64,000 nucleotides of DNA from the NCBI RefSeq assembly GCF_000737315.1, contig NZ_JMCB01000034.1, forward strand, positions 68,346 to 132,345, read 5' to 3'. A program made the translations under genes and the position numbers. The notes under the pieces were generated by a model, which was not told the origin of the DNA, made no database searches, and saw only the letters and a program-made list of their open reading frames with translations. This document shows positions 18,331 through 29,800 of this stretch, in pieces. The stretch is from Hyalangium minutum. Its GTDB lineage: Bacteria > Myxococcota > Myxococcia > Myxococcales > Myxococcaceae. The stretch's first letter is position 1. Each line of letters begins with the position of its first letter.

Positions 18331-18525
18331 ATGACCGAAGTGCACACACCCACGCGGGACTACACGATTCCAGAGGGTTGCCCGGCCTGTGGCGCGGACC
18401 TGCCGGTGCGCGTCAGCGCGGCGGGCCCGAGCGGAGTCTGCAAGCACTGCGGCTGGATGGGCCGCCCGCTCATCACCGTCACGCATGGGGGGTTGCGCGT
18501 CCACTCCGCGAGCGCCCAGGCCTGA
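18331..18525 (+). CDS. Small zinc-ribbon protein (64 aa)
   Basis: CPAC...CKHC pairs; ATG 18331. Confidence 0.6.
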   Translation: MTEVHTPTRDYTIPEGCPACGADLPVRVSAAGPSGVCKHCGWMGRPLITVTHGGLRVHSASAQA

Positions 18526-18681
18526 GGTGGCGCGCGCGCCCAGTCAAGCCCATCCTCCTGGGAGATGAAGGCCCCTTTCCCCGGGGACCGCCTCGGGGGA
18601 GGAACACCTGCGGAGGGGGCGCCTTCCTGCTCCCTAGGGCATGCCTGGGGGGGCAGCCCCTCGGCTCACCTTGCGCTGCCC

Positions 18682-20769
18682 ATGAAGGAGCCGCCCAGCC
18701 CTCTGGAGTTCCAGGACCTGGCCTCGCTCCTCGAGGTTGCGGAGGGGCAGGAGCAGGCCGACGCCGAGCACGTCTGCCCTGAGCTGAGCCAGATCCTCGA
18801 GTCCGTCTTCTCCAGCATGGCCGAAGCCGTGGTGGTGGCGGACGAGTGCGGACGCACGGCGCTCCTCAACCCTGCGGCGGAGCAGTTCCTGGGGCAGGCG
18901 GCCATCGGGGTTCCTCTGGCTCAATGGCCGGAGCACTACGGGCTCTACCTGCCGGATCAAGTCACCTTGTACCCAGCGGAGGAGCTGCCGCTCGCTCGGG
19001 CCATCCGAGGCGAGGCTGTCGACAGGGTGGAGATCTTCCTGAGATCGGCCCTGAAGCCCTCGGGGGCCTGGGTGCTCGTGACTACCCGCCCGCTCCGGGA
19101 CAAGGCCGGCAAGGTGCTCGGTGGCGTGGCCGTCTTCAACGAAGTCACGGGCACCCGGAAGGCGGAGGAGGCGCTGCGCAAGAGCCAAGAGGAGTACCGC
19201 TCCCTCTACAGCAGCACCCCTGTGATGATGCACTCCATCGACCAGGAGGGGCGGCTCCTCAGCGTGAGCGACTTTTGGCTGGAGAAGCTCGGCTACGAGC
19301 GCTCGGAGGTGCTCGGCCGCAAGTCCGTGGAGTTCCTGACGCCCGAGTCCCGCAAGTATGCCCTGGAGGTGGTCCTCCCTCGGTACTTCCAGACGGGAAA
19401 GTGCCAGGACGTCCCATACCGGGTCGTGAAGAAGGACGGCGGGGAGATCGACATCCTGCTGTCCGCCATCGCGGAGCGGGATGCGCAGGGAGCCATCGTC
19501 CGCTCCCTGGCCGTGATCATCGACGTGACCGAGCGCAAGCGGAGGGAGATGGCGCAGCGTCTCCTGGATGAGGCCAGCCGCGAGCTGGTCACCTCCCTTG
19601 ACGATGAGGCCACGCTCCAGCGCGTCGCGGCGTTGGCGGTCCCGACCGTGGCGGATCTGTGTGTCATCGCGCTGCAAGCGGGGGACACCTCTCTGCGGCC
19701 CGTGGCGATCGCCGACGTCTCCGAAGCGCGGGCCCGCTGCTTGCGCGAGTTCCTCCAGTTCCATCCTCCCCCAGCGGATGCGCTCTTGTGCCCCGCCCAG
19801 CGGTGCATGGGCGAGCCCTCGATCGGGATAGGGGGAATTGGCTTGCTGCGCCACGTGGATGAGGCCGATAGGCCCTGGGAGGAGCTGAGGACACTCCGGG
19901 GGCATCGGTGCCTCCACGTGCCGCTCTACGCGCGGGGCCGCTGCCTGGGCGTGCTGTGCCTGGCCTCCGCGCGGTGGTGCGACACGGACGCTCCGGCGGA
20001 TCTGGCCCTCGCGAAGGAGCTGGGGTGTCGGGTGGCCTTCACGCTCGACAACGCGCAGCTCTACCGGAAGGCCCAAGAGTCCATCCGGGCCCGGGACGAG
20101 TTCTTGTCCATCGCCTCGCACGAGCTGAAGACTCCGCTCACCTCCATGAAGCTGCGCGTGCAGCAACTGGAGCGCGCGCTCGCGCAGCAGCCCCCGGACT
20201 CCCGGCTTGCCGCGAGGCTCTCGGACATGCTTCCCATCTTCCAGGGCCAGATGCGGCGGCTGGCGGACCTGGTGGAGAACCTCCTGGATGTCTCGCGTAT
20301 CAACGAGAGCCGGCTGGACCTGCACCTGGAGCCAACGGACCTGGCGGCGCTGGCCCGGCTCGTCGCGGATCACCTCCGGGAGCAGCTCGACAGGAGCGGC
20401 TGCAAGCTCGAGTTGGAGGCGAAAGAGCCGGTGTCGGGGGAGTGGGATCGCCTTCGCCTGGAGCAGGTCATGCTCAACCTGCTGACGAACGCGATGAAGT
20501 ACGGGGCAGGCAGGCCCATCCGGCTGACGAGCACGCTCCAGGACGGGAGGGCGCTGCTGCGCGTCTCGGACGGGGGGATTGGCATCTCGCACGAAGCGCA
20601 GCGGCGGATCTTCGAGCGCTTCGAGCGAGCCGCCTCCCACAACTACGGAGGGCTGGGCCTGGGGCTCTTCATCACGCGGCAAATCGTCGAGGCGCACCAC
20701 GGCAAGATCTGGGTCGAGAGCGAGCCGGGAAGAGGGGCCACCTTCTTCGTCGAGCTGCCTCTCAGCTAG
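18682..20769 (+). CDS. Cytoplasmic PAS-PAS-GAF sensor histidine kinase
   Basis: Two PAS domains, GAF, ASHELKTPLTS H-box, NLLTNAMKY N-box, DGGIGI and GLGLGL G-boxes; no receiver domain. Confidence 0.92.
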   Translation: MKEPPSPLEFQDLASLLEVAEGQEQADAEHVCPELSQILESVFSSMAEAVVVADECGRTALLNPAAEQFLGQAAIGVPLAQWPEHYGLYLPDQVTLYPAEELPLARAIRGEAVDRVEIFLRSALKPSGAWVLVTTRPLRDKAGKVLGGVAVFNEVTGTRKAEEALRKSQEEYRSLYSSTPVMMHSIDQEGRLLSVSDFWLEKLGYERSEVLGRKSVEFLTPESRKYALEVVLPRYFQTGKCQDVPYRVVKKDGGEIDILLSAIAERDAQGAIVRSLAVIIDVTERKRREMAQRLLDEASRELVTSLDDEATLQRVAALAVPTVADLCVIALQAGDTSLRPVAIADVSEARARCLREFLQFHPPPADALLCPAQRCMGEPSIGIGGIGLLRHVDEADRPWEELRTLRGHRCLHVPLYARGRCLGVLCLASARWCDTDAPADLALAKELGCRVAFTLDNAQLYRKAQESIRARDEFLSIASHELKTPLTSMKLRVQQLERALAQQPPDSRLAARLSDMLPIFQGQMRRLADLVENLLDVSRINESRLDLHLEPTDLAALARLVADHLREQLDRSGCKLELEAKEPVSGEWDRLRLEQVMLNLLTNAMKYGAGRPIRLTSTLQDGRALLRVSDGGIGISHEAQRRIFERFERAASHNYGGLGLGLFITRQIVEAHHGKIWVESEPGRGATFFVELPLS

Positions 20770-20824
20770 ACTCCCACCCTAGCGAGCCTGCTGACGGAGG
20801 CCTTTCCCAAGCGGTGAAGGTTGC

Positions 20825-21091
20825 ATGAGGTCCACTCGACATCATCTGCGGCAAATCTGCCTGCCGACGCTAGCGCTTGGACTGGCCTGCACGAGTCCCC
20901 GGAAATACTTCGTGCATAGTGAACTGCCGAGATTGGAGAGCCATGCCAAGTTGGTAGTGGCTCCGGGCCCTTGGCAGCACGACGAGGTGCCCGTCGTTCT
21001 CACGAGTTCGGATGGAGTCCCTGATGACCTGCCATCCCTCCTCCGAAATGCTCTCCCGAAGTCCTATGAGTGCGTCGTAACCCGTTGGTGA
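20825..21091 (+). CDS. Short putative lipoprotein or gene fragment
   Basis: LALGLAC lipobox-like segment; atypical codon usage; no recognisable domain. Confidence 0.3.
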   Translation: MRSTRHHLRQICLPTLALGLACTSPRKYFVHSELPRLESHAKLVVAPGPWQHDEVPVVLTSSDGVPDDLPSLLRNALPKSYECVVTRW

Positions 21092-21095
21092 CAGC

Positions 21096-21563
21096 ATGCT
21101 GAAGCCGCACTACCTCATCCTGCTCGTCTCTCTCATGGCGGACGGGGGGACTTCGACGCCAGCGCCGGATGCGGGCATCGTCACGCCTCCGCCCGACCGC
21201 CCTCCCCCAAGCGTCGATGCAGGCACGCCTGGGCCTCCCCCCGAGACGGCCAATGCGATTCGCTGGCCGAAGGATCTTCGTCCTTTGGCCACGCTGGACG
21301 GACCTGCAGTGCTGGCGGCCCATGCTGCGCTTCAACAGGTGCTCTCACGCGCTCCCAAGGAATATGCGAGTACCTGCGAATACTCGGCCAAAGGCATGGA
21401 GGTCATCGTCGGCGAAGAGGGAGGGCTATATTTTGTCCGCATCAACCGGCGAGCGGACAAGTGCGGCTGGAACAAAGGCGCGAATCTCGGATTCGATTGG
21501 CTCGAGTTGTACGCCGTATCGCCCGATGGGCGCGTCCTCGCACGCTACCCCTACATGCCGTAG
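21096..21563 (+). CDS. Exported myxobacterial hypothetical protein
   Basis: Signal peptide, DAG/Pro linker, DGPAVLAAHAAL...C...YFVRI...CG...ELYAVSPDGRVLARYP pattern typical of a paralogous myxobacterial family. Confidence 0.7.
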   Translation: MLKPHYLILLVSLMADGGTSTPAPDAGIVTPPPDRPPPSVDAGTPGPPPETANAIRWPKDLRPLATLDGPAVLAAHAALQQVLSRAPKEYASTCEYSAKGMEVIVGEEGGLYFVRINRRADKCGWNKGANLGFDWLELYAVSPDGRVLARYPYMP

Positions 21564-21613
21564 ACCCATTCAACCACTGATAGCCCCAGCGATGGCTTCA
21601 GCTTGAACAGTGC

Positions 21614-24160
21614 TCACGTCCCGATGCGCCGCAGGATGAGGATGGGCCCGTCGTCCAGCTTGCGGCCTCGCAAGTCGATTTCGCAGTCCAGCAACCAGTC
21701 GCCGTGGCCCTCGGGGTCCATGATGCGCTGCTGCACCTCCCACAGCCGCGTGCCCGTCTCCTTGAGAAACGTCAGGCCCGGCCGGCGCGCCGCCGGGGTG
21801 AGCACCACCACCTTGTGCTCCTCGAAGTACGGCGCCATCGCCTGCTCCAGCTTCGGCGCTGTCCACTCCCCCAGCGTCACGTCCAGCATCCCCAGCGCGT
21901 CCATGTAGCGCTTCTGCCCCAGCGCCCGGAGCAGCCGGTGCAGCTCCTCGCGCACCCGGGCCGCGAACGCCTTCGGGTCCTCCGTCAGCTCCTTGGGCTT
22001 GAGCTCCACCACCGGCTTCGGCGTCAGCACCGCCTCCGGGTTGCGCATGCGCTCCCACTCGTCCAGCAGGCTCGAGTCCACCTGCCGCAGCGTGGCCCGC
22101 AGGTGGTCGATGAAGTCCTCCACCGTCTCGTCTTTGAAGCGCTCGGGCACCGTCTGCACCAGCGCCTTGTAGACGTCGCCCACGTAACGCAACAGCACGC
22201 CCTCACTGCGCTGCAGGCCGTACTCGCGCACGTAGTCGTGGAAAGACATGAAGCGCTCGAACATGTCCCGCACAATGGACTTGGGCCGGATGTTCTCCTG
22301 CCCCACCCAGGGGTGCTTCTTCGCGAACTCGTTGAATGTGGCGTAGATGAAGTCCCGGTTCGGCTTGGGCCACTCCAACTTCTCCAGCTCCTCCATCCGG
22401 TCGTCGTACTCCACGCCCTGCGCCTTCAGTTCCTGGACCTTCTCTCCCTTGAGCTGGTTGAGCTGCGCGTAGAGCACCACCTCCGGGTTCTCCAGGATGG
22501 ACTCCACCAGCGTCACCACGTCCAGCGCGTACGTCTCCAGGGTGGGATCCAACTTCTCCAACGTGTCCAGCAGGTACAGCGACAGCGTGTGGTTCATCGA
22601 GAAGTCCCGCTGGAGATCCTCCGCCACCTTCACCACTGCGTGGCCCGGGTGCTTCTCCACGGTGACAATGCCCGCGCTGCGCAGCGTCCGGAAGTGGCTG
22701 GCCGCCGTCCTCAGGTGCTTGCGCTTCAGGTAGTCCGAGTCGTGCGTCCGCCCGATGAGCTGCACCAGCCGCCGGTACCCGCCGCTGCCCTCCGTCATGT
22801 CGCTCTGAAGCAGGTTGAGCAGCAGTCCGTGGGTCACCTCGAAGCGCGACTCCAGCGGCTCGGGGATGCCGTTCTGCAGGCGCTCGAAGGTGCTCTTGTC
22901 GTAGTGGACGTAGCCCTTCTGCGGCGGCTTGGCCATGGGCGCCTTCTTCTTGCCCTCCGCCTCCTTCTTCTTCTGCTTGATGTTCTCGATGACGTGGTCC
23001 GGCGCCTGCGCCACCACGCTGCCCTGATCATCGAAGCCCTTGCGCCCCGCCCGGCCGGCGATCTGCTTGAAGTCGCGCACGCTCAGCGTGGCCAGCTTCT
23101 CGCCGTTGAACTTGAACAGCTGGGTGAAGAGCACCGTGCGGATGGGGATGTTCACCCCCACGCCCAGCGTGTCCGTGCCGGAGATGACCTTCAGGTGCCC
23201 CGACTGCGCCAGCTTCTCCACCAGCAGCCGGTACTTGGGCAGCAGGCCCGCGTGGTGCATGCCCACCCCGTGGCGCAGGAAGCGCTGGAACTCCTTGCCG
23301 TACGGCGTGTCGAAGGGCGCGTCCATCAGCGCCTGCCGGATGGCCTCCTTCTCTTCCTTGGTGGAGAAGTCCACCGACATGAGGTTCTGCGCCTGCTCCG
23401 CCGCCGCCCGCTGCGAGAAGTTCACCAGGTAGATGGGGTACTTCTTCTGCGCCACCAACTCCTGGATCGTCTCGTGGAGCGGTGTCTCTCGGTAGTCGAA
23501 GTCCAGCGGCACCGGGCGCTGCGAGCTGCGCACCGACACCACTTCCTTGCCGGTGAGATTGAGCAGACCCTCCTCGATGATGTGCGTGTCGCCCAGCGTG
23601 GCCGACATCATCAGGAACGTCGTCTGGGGCAGCGCCAGCAGCGGAATCTGCCACGCGGTGCCACGATCCTTGTCCGAGTAGTAGTGGAACTCGTCCATGA
23701 CGACGTAGTCCACCCGGGCGCGTGAGTCCCTCATGGCCAGGTTGGCGAGGATCTCCGCCGTACAGCAGATGATGGGGGCCTCGCGGTTGATGCTGGCGTC
23801 GCCCGTGAGCATGCCCACGTTCTCCGGGCCGAACGCCTCGCAGAGCGCGAAGAACTTCTCGTTCACCAGCGCCTTGATGGGGCAGGTGTAGAAGGAGACC
23901 TTGCCCTCAGCCATGGCCTTGAAGTGCAGCGCCGTGGCCACCAGCGACTTGCCCGAGCCCGTGGGCGTCTTGAGGAACAGGTGCTTGTCCGCCAGCAGTT
24001 CGAGGATGGCCTCCTCCTGCGCTGGGTAGAGCTCCAGGCCGTAGGAGGTCACGTAACCGACGAAGCGGTTGAGGATCTCGTCGGAGCTCAGCGGCGGCGA
24101 GCCGCGGGGAGGAAGCAGGGCGGCCAGGGGAGCGCGTGTCTCGGGGGCGGGGGTATCCAT
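21614..24160 (-). CDS. Ski2-like DEAD/DEAH-box helicase with DUF3516-type C-terminus
   Basis: PTGSGKS, MDEFHY, MSAT, HHAG, QIAGRAGR motifs; start ATG 24160. Confidence 0.92.
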   Translation of the reverse strand: MDTPAPETRAPLAALLPPRGSPPLSSDEILNRFVGYVTSYGLELYPAQEEAILELLADKHLFLKTPTGSGKSLVATALHFKAMAEGKVSFYTCPIKALVNEKFFALCEAFGPENVGMLTGDASINREAPIICCTAEILANLAMRDSRARVDYVVMDEFHYYSDKDRGTAWQIPLLALPQTTFLMMSATLGDTHIIEEGLLNLTGKEVVSVRSSQRPVPLDFDYRETPLHETIQELVAQKKYPIYLVNFSQRAAAEQAQNLMSVDFSTKEEKEAIRQALMDAPFDTPYGKEFQRFLRHGVGMHHAGLLPKYRLLVEKLAQSGHLKVISGTDTLGVGVNIPIRTVLFTQLFKFNGEKLATLSVRDFKQIAGRAGRKGFDDQGSVVAQAPDHVIENIKQKKKEAEGKKKAPMAKPPQKGYVHYDKSTFERLQNGIPEPLESRFEVTHGLLLNLLQSDMTEGSGGYRRLVQLIGRTHDSDYLKRKHLRTAASHFRTLRSAGIVTVEKHPGHAVVKVAEDLQRDFSMNHTLSLYLLDTLEKLDPTLETYALDVVTLVESILENPEVVLYAQLNQLKGEKVQELKAQGVEYDDRMEELEKLEWPKPNRDFIYATFNEFAKKHPWVGQENIRPKSIVRDMFERFMSFHDYVREYGLQRSEGVLLRYVGDVYKALVQTVPERFKDETVEDFIDHLRATLRQVDSSLLDEWERMRNPEAVLTPKPVVELKPKELTEDPKAFAARVREELHRLLRALGQKRYMDALGMLDVTLGEWTAPKLEQAMAPYFEEHKVVVLTPAARRPGLTFLKETGTRLWEVQQRIMDPEGHGDWLLDCEIDLRGRKLDDGPILILRRIGT

Positions 24161-24245
24161 CGCAGAGATGGAATCTAGGCGGGCGAGCCCCGGGCTACCT
24201 GGAAAAAGCGCTCGCCCTGCCCCGCGCCTCTGGAAGAATGGTTGG

Positions 24246-25049
24246 ATGGCCAGCATGCAAGGGAAGACCGTCATCATCACCGGGGCTTCGTCCGGGATTG
24301 GCGAGGAACTCGCCGTGGTGCTCGCTTCACGGGGCGCGAACGTGGTGCTCGCGGCCCGGCGGGAGGAGGAACTCGCCAAGGTGGCAAAGCGCTGCGAGGA
24401 GGCCGGAGGGCGTGCCCTCAGCGTGCCCACGGATGTGTCCGATCAGGAGGCGTGCCGCAAGCTGGTGGAACGCACGGTGGAGGCGTTCGGCAGCATCGAC
24501 GTGCTGGTGAACAACGCCGGCGTGACGATGTGGGGGCGGCTCGAAGACGTGACGGACCTGTCGATGTACGAGCGCATCATGCGGGTGAACTACCTAAGCG
24601 CCGTCTACTGCACCTACCACGCCCTGCCCCACCTCAAGGCGCGCAAGGGGATGGCGGTGGCCATCTCCTCGCTCACGGGGAAGACGGGCGTGCCTCAGCG
24701 CACGGCCTACGCGGCCAGCAAGCACGCCATGCAGGGCTTCTTCGACTCGTTGCGCGTGGAGTTGCTGGGCACGGGGGTGGACGTCCTGGTGGTGTCCCCG
24801 GGTTTCGTGGCCACCCCCATCCGCGACAATGCGCTGGGACCGGATGGAAAGCCGGTGGGGCGCAGCCGCAGGGACGAGAGCCAGGACACCATGGACGTGC
24901 ACACCTGCGTGGCGCAGATCGTCCGCGCCATCGAGCGCCGCGACCGCGAGGTGGTGATGACGGCCAAGGGGAAAGTGGGCCTGTTCCTCAAGCTGGTGGC
25001 GCCCGGGTTCGTGGATCGGATGGCGTTGAAAGCCATGAAGACGAGGTGA
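24246..25049 (+). CDS. Short-chain dehydrogenase/reductase
   Basis: TGASSGIG, NNAG and YAASK motifs. Confidence 0.93.
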   Translation: MASMQGKTVIITGASSGIGEELAVVLASRGANVVLAARREEELAKVAKRCEEAGGRALSVPTDVSDQEACRKLVERTVEAFGSIDVLVNNAGVTMWGRLEDVTDLSMYERIMRVNYLSAVYCTYHALPHLKARKGMAVAISSLTGKTGVPQRTAYAASKHAMQGFFDSLRVELLGTGVDVLVVSPGFVATPIRDNALGPDGKPVGRSRRDESQDTMDVHTCVAQIVRAIERRDREVVMTAKGKVGLFLKLVAPGFVDRMALKAMKTR

Positions 25050-25180
25050 GGATCGCCCGCAAGGGGGGCAAGCAGCGCTTCTGGCCTCCCTTTCATGGGC
25101 TGACGGGTTGCTCGCAGGACCCGGCGCGAGCAAGCCCAAGCTGTGCTAACTGAGAGCCCTTCTCTCGCGAGGACCACACC

Positions 25181-26809
25181 GTGAGCGCTTTCACCTACCA
25201 GGACATGCTGCCGCTGGGCGAGGACACCACCCCGTACCGACTGCTGACGAAGGACCACGTCTCCACCTTCGAGGCCAACGGGAAGACCTTCCTCCAAGTG
25301 GCCCCCGAGGCGCTCACCCTGCTCACCCGCGAGGCGATGCGCGACATCGCCCACCTGCTGCGCCCCGGCCACCTGCAGCAGCTGGCCCACATCCTCAAGG
25401 ACCCCGAGGCCACCTCCAACGACCGCTTCGTGGCCCTGGAGCTGCTGAAGAACGCCAACATCGCCGCGGGCCGCGTGCTGCCCTCCTGCCAGGACACCGG
25501 CACGGCGATCGTGATGGGCAAGAAAGGCCAGTACGTCCTCACCGGCGGCAATGACGAGGAGGCCATCTCCCGGGGCGTCTTCGAGACGTACACCTCGACG
25601 AACCTGCGCTACTCGCAGCTGGCGCCGCTGGACATGTACAAGGAGGCCAACACCGGCAACAACCTCCCCGCCCAGATCGAGCTCTACGCAACCGACGGCG
25701 ACGCCTACAAGTTCCTCTTCATGGCCAAGGGCGGCGGCTCGGCGAACAAGAGCTACCTGTTCCAGGAGACCAAGGCACTGCTCAACCCGGACAGCCTGAT
25801 GAAGTTCCTGGATCAGAAGATCCGCTCGCTGGGCACCGCCGCATGCCCGCCGTACCACCTGGCCATCGTCGTGGGCGGAACCTCGGCCGAGTTCGCGCTC
25901 AAGACGGCCAAGTACGCCTCGGCCCGCTACTTGGACACGCTGCCCACCAGCGGCAACAACCTGGGCCGCGGCTTCCGCGACGTGGAGCTGGAGGAGAAGG
26001 TGCACCAGCTCACGCGCCGCATGGGCATCGGCGCGCAGTTCGGCGGCAAGTACTTCTGCCATGACGTGCGCGTCATCCGCCTGCCCCGCCATGGCGCCAG
26101 CTGCCCGGTGGCCATCGCCGTGTCCTGCTCCGCGGATCGGCAGGCGGTGGGCAAGATCACGAAGAGCGGCATCTACCTGGAGCAGCTCGAGACGGATCCG
26201 GCCAAGTACCTGCCGGAGACCACGGACACGCAGCTGGGCGGCGAGGTGGTGAAGATCGATCTGAACCGGCCCATGTCGGACATCCGGGCCGAGCTCAGCC
26301 GCTACCCGACGAAGACGCGCCTGTCGCTGTCCGGGCCGGTGATTGTCGCGCGCGACATTGCCCACGCGAAGCTCAAGGAGCGGTTGGATCGGGGCGAGGG
26401 CCTGCCGCAGTACCTGAAGGACTTCGCGGTGTACTACGCGGGTCCGGCGAAGACGCCGCAGGGCATGGCGTCGGGCAGCTTCGGTCCCACCACGGCTGGG
26501 CGCATGGACAGTTACGTGGACCTGTTCCAGTCGAACGGCGGCAGCCTGGTGATGCTGGCCAAGGGCAACCGCTCCAAGGCCGTCACCGAGGCGTGCAAGA
26601 AGCACGGCGGCTTCTACCTGGGCAGCATCGGCGGCCCCGCGGCCCGGCTGGCCCAGGACTGCATCAAGAAGGTGGAAGTGCTCGAGTACCCCGAGCTCGG
26701 CATGGAGGCTGTGTGGAAGATCGAGGTCGTGGACTTCCCCGCATTCATCGTCGTGGATGACAAGGGCAACGACTTCTTCGCCGAGCTGAACGTCTCCGCC
26801 AAGGACTGA
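25181..26809 (+). CDS. fumA: Class I (Fe-S) fumarate hydratase, full-length copy
   Basis: [36 protein letters not shown] motifs; GTG start with GAGG upstream. Confidence 0.95.
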   Translation: MSAFTYQDMLPLGEDTTPYRLLTKDHVSTFEANGKTFLQVAPEALTLLTREAMRDIAHLLRPGHLQQLAHILKDPEATSNDRFVALELLKNANIAAGRVLPSCQDTGTAIVMGKKGQYVLTGGNDEEAISRGVFETYTSTNLRYSQLAPLDMYKEANTGNNLPAQIELYATDGDAYKFLFMAKGGGSANKSYLFQETKALLNPDSLMKFLDQKIRSLGTAACPPYHLAIVVGGTSAEFALKTAKYASARYLDTLPTSGNNLGRGFRDVELEEKVHQLTRRMGIGAQFGGKYFCHDVRVIRLPRHGASCPVAIAVSCSADRQAVGKITKSGIYLEQLETDPAKYLPETTDTQLGGEVVKIDLNRPMSDIRAELSRYPTKTRLSLSGPVIVARDIAHAKLKERLDRGEGLPQYLKDFAVYYAGPAKTPQGMASGSFGPTTAGRMDSYVDLFQSNGGSLVMLAKGNRSKAVTEACKKHGGFYLGSIGGPAARLAQDCIKKVEVLEYPELGMEAVWKIEVVDFPAFIVVDDKGNDFFAELNVSAKD

Positions 26810-26826
26810 GACTCCGATCTCAAGTG

Positions 26827-29800
26827 CTAGCGAGGGAGCGAATGCGCGTCCAACCATTGCGAGACCTGCTTCGCATCGGAGGCGCGGCGCTGGCGGCTCC
26901 AGAACTCTCGGGCTTGAGAGGCCAGTTCCACGGCGCGCGGCCTCTCCCCTCCTCCATCCCATAGCGCCCGGGCCAGCGGAAATTGGACTCGCGCTCGCCT
27001 CGCCACGGGCGCAACCGCCAGCGCCCGCTCCAGCCACGGCCGGGCCTCCACCGGGCTCCCCTCCGCGAGCAGGAGCTTGCCCATCCCCAGCAAGGGGCCG
27101 AACCGCTCTGGATGGTCTGGCGGCAGCACCTTCTCCTGCAGCTCGATGGCGCGCGTGTACTTCTCTCGCGCCTCCGCGCCGCGGCCGAGATCTCTCAGCG
27201 CATCTCCCACGCTGCTCAACGAGAGAGCCACATCCGGGTTGTCGGGCCCCAGGGCCTTCAGCCGCACGGCCAGGGCGCGTTCCCCCAGCTGCCTGGCTTC
27301 CTCATACCTCCCCATCATGTCCAGGAGGCTGCTGAGGTTCGCGAGCAGCGTGGCGACGCGTGGGTGCTCGGCTCCGAGCATCTTCTCCCGGAGCATCAGC
27401 GCCCGGGTGTGCATCTGATGCGCCTCTTCGTAGCGCCCCAGCTCCCCGAGAGCGAGGCCCAGGCTGGCGAGCGAGATGGCCACGCTCGGGTGCTCCGGGC
27501 CCAGCACCTTCTCTCGGATCGCCAGCTCGCGCGCGAAGGCGGCTCGCGCCTCTTCGGATCGCCCCAGCTCCATGAGAGCGTTCCCCAGGATGTTGAGCGA
27601 GGAGGCCACGGCCCGGTGGTCGGGCCCCAGCAGCTTCTCCCGGATCGCCAGCCCTCGCACGAGGGGGGCTCGCGCCTCTTCAAATCGGCCCAGATTCAGG
27701 AGGGAGAGCCCCAGATTGTTGAGCGCAACGGCGACGTCCGGGTGCTCGGAGCCGAGCGCCTTTTCCTGGATCGCCAGCGCCCGCGCGGCGGCCGCGTGCG
27801 CTTCCTCGTACCGGCCCAGATCCCCGAGAACGAGCCCCAGGTTGTTGAGCGAGGAGGCCACGGCCGGGTGCTCGGGGCCCAGCGTCTTCTCTCGGAGCAC
27901 GAGCCCACGGGCGAAGGCGGCGCGCGCCTCTTCATGGCGGCCCAGATCCCAGAGCTCCGCGCCCAGGCTGTTGAGCGCGGCCGCCACGCTCGGATGCTCG
28001 GGACCCAGCACCTTCTCCCGGATCGCCAGCACGCGCTCAGCCATCTGGCGCGCCTTCTCGTATTGGCCCTGCTTGCTGAACACGATGGCCAGATCGCTCA
28101 AGGAGCTGGCCACCTCCGGGTGCTCGGGGCCCAGCACCTTCTCCCTGAGCGCCAGCGCGGCCTCGCACTCTCGTAGGGCTTCGTCATACCGGCCCAGCTC
28201 GATCAGCACGAGGCCGAGATTGGTGAGCGCAGAGGCGCGGATCCGGTCATCATCCGCCAGATCCACGAACTGCTCCACCGTGGGCCGCAGCGACAGCGCC
28301 TCTTGCAGGCGCCCCATGTGATAGCCCACCACCGAGACCCGTGCGCTCCAAGCTCGGGCCAGCGTCGCCATGTCCTTGCCCCGCGCCGCCGCGGTCATCG
28401 TCTGATGGAGCCGCTCCTCCGCCCCCTTGTAGTCGCCCGCCTCGCTGCGCAGCTGGGCCGACAGCAACAACGTGCGCGCCAGCAACGGCGCGTACCCCAC
28501 CGGCTCTACCTGCGGCACCAGCTCATCCGCTCGCGCCACTCCCTGCTTGAACTTGCCGGCCGCCAGCAGCACCTCCAGTCGGTCCACCTGCTCCTGCAAC
28601 GCGTCGACTCTCGCGCGCACCGTGGGCTCTTCGGGCGGGGGCACCGCCGCCGTCAGCGCCTTGGCATCCATGCAGTACTCCAAAGGCGGCAGCGCCTGCA
28701 CCGCCTGCACCGCCTTGCCCACCAACTCCTCATCCGGCGCCTGCGTCAGCAGCTCCGTCAGCGCTCTGAGCTGGCTGCGCCGCCTCTCCAGGCACATCTC
28801 CTCGCGCACCCACAAGCTCTCCGCTCTCGCCTCTCCCTCTCGACTCACTCCCAGGCACACCTCGGTGCGCTGCTTCACCCACCTCCCAGCGTACGCCTCC
28901 AGCCCCTTCACCACTCGCTCCGCCGTCTCCGGCGCGTACGGCAGACCTGTCGCCACCAGCGCCTGCCTCACCTTCTGCTTCACTGCCTCGTCCCACACAC
29001 CCGCAAGGTGATGCCCCAACCCGTCGCACGGCTGCTGCCGGTCCGCCCAGCCCCACACCGCCAGCACACCCAACAACACCGTTACGCTCGTCACAGCCCC
29101 CTTCCTCACACGCTCGCGACTCTTCACCTCGGGGTCCGCCGACAGCGCCTTCAACACCTCTCCCATCGACGACGGACGGCGCTCCGGCTCGCTCTGCAAA
29201 CCTCGCAGCACCGTGCGCGCCACCCACGCTGGCACCGCTGCTCCCTCCGGCACTCGCGCCTTCCCCGCTCGCTGCGCCTCCCTCAGCTCAGACACCGTCG
29301 CCGCCTCATACGGCACCCTTCCGTAAAGCCCCTCGTACAGCGATACGCAGAATGCATACAGGTCGCTGCGCGCGTCTTCCCTCTTCCCTTGGAACTGCTC
29401 CTCCGCCATGTAGGCGGGTGTTCCCATCCACCTCTCCCCACCCCGCGTCAGCGGCGCTATCACTCCCGTGGCCGCTGGCAACGGCGACAGCCCTGGCTCC
29501 TCACTCTCGAGGGCCACGGGGCCCAGCCTCGCCAGCCCGAAGTCCGTCACTCGTGCGCGCCCATCCGCTCCCACCAGCACGTTGTCGGGCTTGAAGTCAT
29601 GATGGATCAGCCCTGCCTCGTGCGCCGCCGCCAGCCCTCGTCCTGCCGCAAGGTACTGCCTCAGCACCTCCTTCCACCCTCGGCCCTGCTGCCACTGGCG
29701 CAGCGTCTGCCCCTCCACGTGCTCCATCGCGATGAACAGCGTCCCGTCCTCCAGCCGCCCCGCGTCGTACACACCCACCACGTTCGAATGGCTCAGCCGT

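Noticed and set aside
20870-21097. 75-aa minus-strand ORF
   Set aside because: No recognisable motif and overlaps the plus-strand lipobox ORF; I cannot tell which, if either, is real.
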